Shown: in pieces, positions 1 through 7,434 of the stretch | How positions within the stretch are numbered: position 1 is the stretch's first letter | How the letters are laid out: every line of letters begins with the position of its first letter | Assembly (NCBI GenBank): GCA_016937995.1 | Contig: JAFGVM010000057.1 | Span: 1 to 64,000 of the forward strand | Source: Candidatus Delongbacteria bacterium | Lineage (GTDB): Bacteria; UBA4055 | DNA length: 64,000 nucleotides | Direction of reading: 5' to 3' | Notes under the pieces: model-generated | Seen by the model: only the letters and a program-made list of their open reading frames with translations | Databases searched by the model: none | What the model was told of the DNA's origin: nothing | Made by a program: the position numbers and the translations under genes

Positions 1-87
1 CAGTCAGCTAAACATTATTTTTCCTGAAAGACTGGAAAAGTACATCAAATGAGAAAATGCCGTTTACACAAAATTCCTGACACTCCC
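1..87 (+). mobile_element. Right end of an IS256-family insertion sequence: transposase C-terminus (2..52) and right inverted repeat (63..87)
   Basis: Frame 2 reads SQLNIIFPERLEKYIK* (TGA 50-52), resembling IS256 transposase C-termini. It is followed by TTTACACAAAATTCCTGACACTCCC, the typical IS256-type IR (reverse complement GGGAGTGTCAGGAATTTTGTGTAAA). TPR coding sequence resumes abruptly at 88. Confidence 0.85.
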
Positions 88-977
88 GTATTGCTCGAGC
101 AACAGGTAATAAAGGAGTAGTATTCTGGGCTGAAGGTGAGTATGATAAAGCAATGGAATATTTCAAAGCAGATCTCGCGATCTGTGAAGAGATAGGTGAT
201 AAGATAGGTTATTCCAGGACCATAGGTAATATGAGCCTTATTTACAGTGAAAAATATGATCTTGCAAATGAATTAGATTGCTATGAAAAAAAATTATCTA
301 TCTGTGAAGAAATAGGAGATATGCAGGGAATTGCGAATGCTTTAGGTGGAATAGGACTAGTACAAGAATGGAAGGGGGAACATGCAACTGCAATGCAAAA
401 TTATCAAAAAAACTTGCAGATATTTGAAGAGCTTGGAGATAAAGAGGGAATTTCTTTAACAACAAGTAATATTGGGAATATTTACTTTGCAAATAAAGAT
501 TATTCAAAAGCTATAGAATATTACGACAGAGCAATTAAAATAGGCAGAGAATTAAGAATAAATTATTATTTATGCAGCTACTTGTATTACAAAGCTAATA
601 CCTTATACAAATTAAAAGATCCATCTGCTATTGCTCTTAACGATGAAGCAGCTAAATTATCAAAAGAAGTAGAAAGAGAAGAAAGTATATTTAAAACAAA
701 AGTTCTCAAATACAAATTAGAATTTATGTTCTCCGATGATATCGATGATAGAAAGAATATAATAGAAAAATTGAAAGAAATTTTAGACAAAGAGGAAGAT
801 AAAGCCACAATTGCTGAACTTAATTATGAAATAGCTTTATTATTATATGAACTAAAATATGATGTTAATGAATATAAAGACAAAGCGATCACACTTTTTA
901 ACGAATTATATAAAGATTGTAAATTTATAGCTTATAAAAATAGAGTTGAAGAATTAAATAGGCTGATAGCTATATAA
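88..977 (+). pseudogene. 3' remnant of a TPR-repeat protein gene interrupted by IS256
   Basis: TPR repeats of the GD..G.A...GNIG type. The TPR pattern IARATGNKGVVFWAEGEYDKA continues in frame upstream of ATG153 to the IS boundary, with an in-frame TGA at 78-80 inside the IR. Confidence 0.8.
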
Positions 978-978
978 T

Positions 979-1302
979 ATGGGAAAAGATAACTGCAAAG
1001 GATGCACACAGTGTTGCAAATTATTTCTCGTTTGTTTGAATGAAACGGAATATGAATCATGTTATTACGATTCTATAGTAACTGGTTATGAACATTTAAG
1101 TACATTCAAAGAAGTGGAAGAGAACGGATTAAATATACTTAAAAAGAAAGATGATGGCAGTTGTGTTTATCTGAAGGATAATAAATGTGCGATCTATTCA
1201 AAAAGACCGCAAGTATGCAGAGATTTTTTCTGCGGGTCAGAGAAGAAAGAATTACAGAAGAATATAGAAGAAATAGAGAAGCAATGGACAATGGTCAATT
1301 AA
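979..1302 (+). CDS. YkgJ family cysteine-cluster (CxxCxxCC) protein
   Basis: CKGCTQCC ... CVYL...CAIYSKRPQVCRDFFC. Confidence 0.85.
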   Translation: MGKDNCKGCTQCCKLFLVCLNETEYESCYYDSIVTGYEHLSTFKEVEENGLNILKKKDDGSCVYLKDNKCAIYSKRPQVCRDFFCGSEKKELQKNIEEIEKQWTMVN

Positions 1303-1329
1303 CCGATAAATTACAAGCACACCAAGAAT

Positions 1330-1452
1330 GTAGGGTAGAGCCCCTGTGCTCTACCGGGCAGGGAATTAAAATAAAACAAGATTGCCACGGATTTTTAAAA
1401 TCCTCGCAATGATAAAAGAAAGATCCTGTCCCGATAAATCGGAAAGAATGAC
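1330..1452. repeat. Cluster of REP-like short palindromic elements
   Basis: GTAG-GGTAGAGC-CCCTGT-GCTCTACC (1330-1355); AGATTGCCACGGATT..AATCCTCGCAATGA (1379-1412, second copy at 58792-58827); AGATCC..CCGATAAATCGG..GAATGAC (1421-1452). Confidence 0.7.
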
Positions 1453-1480
1453 GAAGAAAAAATAGAAAGAAAAGCACCAA

Positions 1481-1517
1481 AAGGTCACTATTTGATCGTT
1501 AGGGAATGTTATATTGC
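1481..1517 (+). promoter_or_regulatory. Bipartite operator/promoter motif, copy 1, upstream of the Bro-N gene
   Basis: AAGGTCACTATTTGATCG-N11-TATATTGC; same motif and spacing at 28131-28167. Confidence 0.7.
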
Positions 1518-1561
1518 TCTCATAGAAAAATTGAGAACGATAAAACTGGAGGAAACATAGT

Positions 1562-2404
1562 ATGAGTAAAGATAACGAGACACTTGCAATATTTGACAAT
1601 TTTAAGATCAGAAGAACTTATGATGAGAAAAAAGAGTTATGGTATTTCTCTGTCATAGATATTGTTGCAGCTTTAACAGAACAGACTGATTATCAAATTG
1701 CCCGAAAATATTGGAATAAGCTGAAAGGACGATTAGTTAAAGAGGGAAATGAGTCGGTGACAAATTGTCACCAACTGAAATTACAGGCTACCGATGGGAA
1801 ATTTTATAAAACAGATGTTGCTGATGTTGAAACACTTTTAAGACTGATACAATCTGTACCGTCAAAAAAAGCTGAACCGATAAAATTATGGCTTGCAAAG
1901 GTTGGATATGAAAGAATGCAGGAAATGACAGATCCTGAATTAGCTCTAAACAGATCAAGAGAATACTGGCAGGATCACGGCAGAAGCGAAAAATGGATCC
2001 AGCAAAGAATGATGGGACAGGAAACAAGAAATAAATTGACTGATTACTGGAATGAACATGAGGTCAAAAAAGGAGAAGAATTTGCAATTCTAACTAATAT
2101 TATACATAAAGAATGGTCGGATATATCAGTAAAAGAGCATAAAGATATAAAAGGATTAAACAGACAGAATTTAAGAGACCATATGAGTGAAGCTGAGCTT
2201 ATTTTTACAGCTTTAGCTGAATTGTCTACAAGAAATATAGCAGAAGCAGAGGAATCAACAGGCTTAGAAGAAAATAAGGATTCTGCGGTGAAAGGTGGAA
2301 AGATTTCAAAAGATGCAAGGATCGCTCTGGAAAATAAAACAGGTAAATCGGTTGTTACAGATCAGAATTTCATAAAAGGTGGAAAGAAGAAAAAGAAGAA
2401 ATAA
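1562..2404 (+). CDS. Bro-N domain protein (phage antirepressor-like)
   Basis: IRRTYDEKKELWYFSVIDIVAAL, ARKYWNKLKGRL, LRLIQSVPSKKAEPIKLWLAKVG, NLRDHMSEAELIF; RBS GGAGG. Confidence 0.9.
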   Translation: MSKDNETLAIFDNFKIRRTYDEKKELWYFSVIDIVAALTEQTDYQIARKYWNKLKGRLVKEGNESVTNCHQLKLQATDGKFYKTDVADVETLLRLIQSVPSKKAEPIKLWLAKVGYERMQEMTDPELALNRSREYWQDHGRSEKWIQQRMMGQETRNKLTDYWNEHEVKKGEEFAILTNIIHKEWSDISVKEHKDIKGLNRQNLRDHMSEAELIFTALAELSTRNIAEAEESTGLEENKDSAVKGGKISKDARIALENKTGKSVVTDQNFIKGGKKKKKK

Positions 2405-2465
2405 TAGATAACTTTACCAGATAAATAAGATTCAAAATAAGATCACAAAGCGGGAAAGATAGTGA

Positions 2466-2514
2466 TGGGTTGTGGGTCTTGGGTTGTGGGTCTTGGGTTG
2501 TGGGTTGTGAGCTG
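2466..2514. repeat. Heptamer tandem repeat TGGGT(TG/CT) x6-7
   Basis: tgggttg tgggtct tgggttg tgggtct tgggttg tgggttg tgagctg, lying between convergent genes. Confidence 0.9.
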
Positions 2515-2562
2515 GCTCAAGGATTCGCTGGGTTTAAGGTAATGGAGGATGATAATTTTTAT

Positions 2563-3915
2563 CTAAACAATAAAACTTAGCAGCTCATTCAGATCAGAGA
2601 TATATGTTACTTTCTTCGCGAATTTCTTTGTTTCGTTTTTACTGGCATTTGGAATAAAAATTTTCTCAAATCCCAGCTTCACTGCTTCATTTACTCTTTG
2701 TTCTATCCCTGATACCGCTCTGATCTCACCGTTCAGTCCTACCTCTCCACAGAAAACACTTTTCTTGGGTATAATAATATTCCTGAAAGAAGATATCAAA
2801 GAGATTGCGACAGACATATCTGCACCAGGATCATTAAGCTTACCACCACCTGTGATATTCAGAAAAACATCCTGACTGAGAATATGAAGACCGATCTTTT
2901 TATCAAGAACAGCAAGTATCTTACTAAGTCTTTTAATATCAAAACCGACACAGTTTCTCTGTGGGTTTCCAAAGTTAGAATCAGAAACTAATGCCTGTAT
3001 CTCAATAAGCAGAGGTCTTGTACCTTCCATAGCCGCTGTAATGGACGTTCCGGTATTCTGAGTGATTTCCTCATTTAAAAAATACTGAGAAGGATTAAGA
3101 ACTTCAACGAGACCCTCCTTTCTCATCTCGAACATCCCGATCTCATTGGTCGATCCGAAACGGTTCTTGATCGTTCTTAGAATTCTGAATCTGTGATATC
3201 TGTCTCCTTCAAAGTAAAGAACTGTATCGACCATATGCTCAATTATCTTAGGTCCTGCTATTGCCCCGTCCTTCGTTACATGACCTACAAGGAAGAAGGA
3301 TATATTAAGCTGTTTTGCCAGCATTACAAGTTTTGCTGCTGCTGATCTTATCTGACCTACTGATCCCGGTGTTGATTCTGTACCGGGGTCATAGACAGTC
3401 TGGATCGAATCAATGATAACTACCTGAGGTTTATTTTCTTCGATCCATTCAGATATCTTATCAAGGTTATTTTCGCAAAAAATATAGAAAGAGTCATCAT
3501 CAGATTCAATTCGCTGAGATCTGTGCTTTATCTGATGCAAAGATTCCTCACCTGAGACATACAAAGTAGAAATATCCTTGCCGCATAAGTTCGCAGCAAG
3601 TTGGAGCATGAGTGTTGATTTACCGATCCCGGGATCACCGCCGATCAGGGAGACCATACCTGATAAAATACCGCCACCCAGTACCCTGTCAAGTTCTGAA
3701 ATATTGCATGAAATTCTATCAAGTTCATCAATTTTAATATCTTTGAGTTTTACTGGTTTATTATCTTTGATCAAAGAGGTAGGCTTGTTAGTGATCTTAC
3801 TTTCTTTAAATTCCTTCAAAGTTCCCCATTCATTGCATGAAGGGCATTTGCCGAGCCATTTTACAGTATCAAATCCGCACTCAGTGCATACAAATTTAGT
3901 TTTATCTTTAGCCAT
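2563..3915 (-). CDS. radA: DNA repair protein RadA/Sms
   Basis: N-terminal CxxC..CxxC zinc finger, Walker A GDPGIGKST, KNRFG motif, Lon-like C-terminal domain. Confidence 0.98.
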   Translation of the reverse strand: MAKDKTKFVCTECGFDTVKWLGKCPSCNEWGTLKEFKESKITNKPTSLIKDNKPVKLKDIKIDELDRISCNISELDRVLGGGILSGMVSLIGGDPGIGKSTLMLQLAANLCGKDISTLYVSGEESLHQIKHRSQRIESDDDSFYIFCENNLDKISEWIEENKPQVVIIDSIQTVYDPGTESTPGSVGQIRSAAAKLVMLAKQLNISFFLVGHVTKDGAIAGPKIIEHMVDTVLYFEGDRYHRFRILRTIKNRFGSTNEIGMFEMRKEGLVEVLNPSQYFLNEEITQNTGTSITAAMEGTRPLLIEIQALVSDSNFGNPQRNCVGFDIKRLSKILAVLDKKIGLHILSQDVFLNITGGGKLNDPGADMSVAISLISSFRNIIIPKKSVFCGEVGLNGEIRAVSGIEQRVNEAVKLGFEKIFIPNASKNETKKFAKKVTYISDLNELLSFIV

Positions 3916-3981
3916 GTTTACTCCGATGTTTACTCCGCTGGTTGAAACTTGCGGTTAGGGTTGTTATATCCCTTGGGATAA

Positions 3982-6018
3982 TTATAGTAAATCCTTGTAT
4001 TTTCGATACCCTAATTCTACTAAGAATATAAGCAGCATCAAAATGAAAAAGTATAAATTCCTTACAAGTTTAATTTTAGTATTTTCTGTAACGATCTTAG
4101 TCTTTCCGATCAAGCTATTGAAATAATCTTTTGCTTTAAAAATAGGTATCAATTTACCGTTTGATCTATCAGCAATATCCTGCATAAGGTCCATATTTGC
4201 ACCCAAAGAAGATAACTCCTGATCATTTTCAATTATTTTAAACTCTCTTTTCGTAAACATGAAAACTTTATTATCACGGATCATTGAAATATCAGCTGTG
4301 TACAGACCGGGTTCCATGATATTAACATTTGCGGAATACTTATCATTCTTAAATGAAAACTCAGATTCAGCTTTATTCTCAATAATTGTAAGTTTAACAG
4401 TTTCATTCTTCAAAGGTCTAAGATTGTCATCAAATATCTTTCCTTCAAAGTTTATTATTTCACCGCTTGAATATACAGACTTCTGAGGAGTTATCTTTAT
4501 CTGTTCAGAAGTTTTATCAATGGACAAATATTCGATAACATTAAGAAAGAATTTCTCAAGTTCTGAATTAACCCCGTCAAGATCAAATACATCAAAATTA
4601 TTCCAGAAATATCTCATGTTGACTAAAACAGTGTTCTTTTTTGTATCGATCGATCTGAAAGAAGAATGGGCAGAATTATTATCCAAAATATCTAAGATCG
4701 GGATAAAAGGTCTTTCGCCGGGTATGAAACCAGCATCGAATTCTATTGACGGAAGGTCATTTAAAGTTATGTGTTCATCATCATACATATAAAGAAAACT
4801 GTTCAGATCATTTTTATTATTTGACAGAAAACCTTTTTTGTAGACCGGTCTAAAATTGTTCAACGATAATCCCTCAAGTTCATTGAGTTTACTGCGTTCA
4901 GTTTTTTCTGTAATAAAAATAAGCTTAGAGTTGAATTTACCGATCATCTCATCAAGTTTAGGGTAAGTTCTTTTATCAGGATATGAATAAAGCAATATCA
5001 GATCAAAATTTTTATCACTGATCACAGAAGGATCATCAGCCGGATCAAATAGCTGATAACTGAAATTATGTTTTGAGAAAATATCCAGTATAAATTTAAG
5101 GTCCAGAGAAAGATTGCCATAAACGATCAGGATATTCTGTGCAAGATTCGAGATCTTTTGAAATATCTTTCTGGAATTATTGTACAGATTTTCTTCATTG
5201 TTAAGTTTGTTTATAGAAAATTCGATCGATTTAAAGTTCTGATCGTTAGAATTTAAGATCACTGGGATTCTTTTTAGAGATCCGTTTTCCGGAACATTCT
5301 CAATAATATTTTTAACAACTTTACCGTTTTCTTTAACAGAGAGCCGGAATTTATCTTCACTTGAAATACCGTTGATTCCAACGATTACCTCATAGCTGAT
5401 ATCTGAATTCTGTGGGATAATATCCTCGTAAGAAATGTCATTTATGAAAATATCGACCAGATCGGGTTTGCTTCTGGTGTGAATAAAGTTAATAGGCAGA
5501 GTGTTTGAAAGAGAATTATTACTGTAGTCCGTAAAATTACCGTCAGTTATCACTATGATATTCTCATACTGTTCATCTGGACTACCGTGTCTAAAGTGTT
5601 TAAGGTCCGATATTTTATCCACTTTGGTAAAATTATCAGTATTGTCAAATTCTGATATACCGTTCAGGGTCCTTGTACTGTCCCCGAATAAATAGCTTTG
5701 AAAAATATCATCCCTGGAGATATATTCAATCATTTGTTTTATTGAATCTGCTTCAGTCGAATCACTCCGGACTATTGAAATTGAGTTGTCAAAAAGCACG
5801 ATGTTCTTTGGTCTAATGGTCTTATCTGTTGATAATGTGAGTACAGGATCAAATAATAGTAAAAGTATTTGAAAAAGTAATAATGACCTTAAAAAGACCA
5901 TCACTCCAGTTCTTATTTTTTTTAATCCAGATCCTTTGTAATACCAGAGTGAAAAATATATGATCACAGGTATTGATAAGATCAAAAATATGCCGGGGAA
6001 ACGAAGATCGATATTCAT
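3982..6018 (-). CDS. Membrane-anchored vWA-like domain protein
   Basis: Two N-terminal TM segments, MIDAS-like FDNSIS and ITDG, C-terminal TM ending ELGYRKYKDLL. Confidence 0.65.
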   Translation of the reverse strand: MNIDLRFPGIFLILSIPVIIYFSLWYYKGSGLKKIRTGVMVFLRSLLLFQILLLLFDPVLTLSTDKTIRPKNIVLFDNSISIVRSDSTEADSIKQMIEYISRDDIFQSYLFGDSTRTLNGISEFDNTDNFTKVDKISDLKHFRHGSPDEQYENIIVITDGNFTDYSNNSLSNTLPINFIHTRSKPDLVDIFINDISYEDIIPQNSDISYEVIVGINGISSEDKFRLSVKENGKVVKNIIENVPENGSLKRIPVILNSNDQNFKSIEFSINKLNNEENLYNNSRKIFQKISNLAQNILIVYGNLSLDLKFILDIFSKHNFSYQLFDPADDPSVISDKNFDLILLYSYPDKRTYPKLDEMIGKFNSKLIFITEKTERSKLNELEGLSLNNFRPVYKKGFLSNNKNDLNSFLYMYDDEHITLNDLPSIEFDAGFIPGERPFIPILDILDNNSAHSSFRSIDTKKNTVLVNMRYFWNNFDVFDLDGVNSELEKFFLNVIEYLSIDKTSEQIKITPQKSVYSSGEIINFEGKIFDDNLRPLKNETVKLTIIENKAESEFSFKNDKYSANVNIMEPGLYTADISMIRDNKVFMFTKREFKIIENDQELSSLGANMDLMQDIADRSNGKLIPIFKAKDYFNSLIGKTKIVTENTKIKLVRNLYFFILMLLIFLVELGYRKYKDLL

Positions 6019-6040
6019 ATCAGTAGCAAATAAAATTATA

Positions 6041-6077
6041 AAAAAAATACGGCGGATTATTTCCGCCGTATTTTTTT
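6041..6077. terminator. Bidirectional intrinsic terminator
   Basis: A-tract TACGGCGGA-TTATT-TCCGCCGTA T-tract. Confidence 0.85.
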
Positions 6078-6089
6078 ATGGTTAAATTG

Positions 6090-7400
6090 TTAATCAAGGT
6101 CAATTTTGGTATCCTCTTCAATATCATCTCCTTCTGTATTCAGTTCGGAGAAATCAAAACCGCTCTTAAGTAATTGTTTTTTTTGCAGAGGTTTATTTTC
6201 AGGTTCTTCAATGAGAATTTCTTCCGGTTCTTTTTCGGAATTTCCAAAATCGAGATCAAGGTCATCAAGAGGTTCCTGAACTTCCGGCTCGGGAGTAGTA
6301 ACTGGTTTTGTTTTTAACGTCTTAGTCTGTACTTCAGGCTTAACAGCTTTCTTTTCTGAAACTTCCTCTTTTCCATAAGGAGTTTCAAATTTGTCCAGAA
6401 GTACCATCATGATCTCTTCAATGACCTTGTCAATATTATTTCCTTTTGCCTCAACATTAACAATAGATGCAATATCCAGAAAGAAGGTTTCGTATTTTTC
6501 GTATAGACCGCCTTTTTTTCCTATGAATAGAAGTCCTAAGAGTATAAGGATCACCAAAGCCATTACTGCGATTATTATAATAGAAATAATTCCCATTCCG
6601 GAAGATGATTCTTCGGTCAGTCCATCAGCCTCGCTTACAATAAATTCATCAGAGTCATAACCGCTGTCGTCAGTTAAAGCAACTTCGGAACTGTCGTCGG
6701 GATCCTCCGTTTTATCAGCTAAAGCCGCTCCGGTTTCAAATCCGCTGGATTTTACAGTTATGAACAATTGATTGATCTTACTTTTTCCAACAGCTCTGTA
6801 AAGAGATATCTCTTTCTCAAAATTCTCACTTCTAACCAGTGAAATTTCTAAAGTATTAGTACCTTTTTTGAATTTCAGATCTGTGTCCGATAGTATCCCT
6901 ATAAGTTCACTGTCGTAGTCAGCATTGAATTTTCCTGAGTAATCTTTTATCGAGTTCAGATATACGATCTGTGACGGTTTGTCAGGAGACAGGTTTACAG
7001 CTGTGTATGTTGAAAAAAGTGTGTCATTCTCAACAATTTGAATTTCAGGAAGGTATTTAGCAGACAAATAGATCTTTTCAGTTTTACCGATATTTTTTTT
7101 AACGAAAGTAAAGCTGGTTTTATACAATTTATCTATTTCTTTGTCTTCATCATTAACCAGTCTGATGTCATAGATCAGTTCAATATTACCGGCATTATTT
7201 TTCTTAAGTACGAATGGTTTTTTTATCTCACTCTGGTATTCATATGTTTCATAATTCTTCAGTTCTAACTGAACTTTACCATACTCTCCGTCACCAAACT
7301 GGAAATTTCTTTTCTTGGAAAATTCCAGCTTCTGAATACTGAACAGCATTTGAGTCAGTATCAAAATCGAGACAAGGGAAAAAGATAATTTTTTGAACAT
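6090..7400 (-). CDS. Single-pass membrane protein: signal peptide, extracytoplasmic domain, TM, acidic cytoplasmic tail
   Basis: Start MFKKLSFSL at 7400 after GGAGG; TM GIISIIIIAVMALVILILLGLLFIG; acidic low-complexity C-terminus. Confidence 0.75.
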   Translation of the reverse strand: MFKKLSFSLVSILILTQMLFSIQKLEFSKKRNFQFGDGEYGKVQLELKNYETYEYQSEIKKPFVLKKNNAGNIELIYDIRLVNDEDKEIDKLYKTSFTFVKKNIGKTEKIYLSAKYLPEIQIVENDTLFSTYTAVNLSPDKPSQIVYLNSIKDYSGKFNADYDSELIGILSDTDLKFKKGTNTLEISLVRSENFEKEISLYRAVGKSKINQLFITVKSSGFETGAALADKTEDPDDSSEVALTDDSGYDSDEFIVSEADGLTEESSSGMGIISIIIIAVMALVILILLGLLFIGKKGGLYEKYETFFLDIASIVNVEAKGNNIDKVIEEIMMVLLDKFETPYGKEEVSEKKAVKPEVQTKTLKTKPVTTPEPEVQEPLDDLDLDFGNSEKEPEEILIEEPENKPLQKKQLLKSGFDFSELNTEGDDIEEDTKIDLD

Positions 7401-7434
7401 TTCATCCTCCATAGGAATATTGTTTATTTTCGGT

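Noticed and set aside
153-977. Intact 274-aa TPR gene starting at ATG153
   Set aside because: TPR homology continues upstream to the IS256 end at 87, so this is a gene fragment.
1185-1599. Short ORFs 1185..1412, 1295..1480 and 1366..1599
   Set aside because: They are translations of REP-like repeats and overlaps with real genes.
1562-2404. Prophage suggested by the antirepressor-like Bro-N gene
   Set aside because: No integrase, structural or replication phage genes nearby; the gene is solitary.
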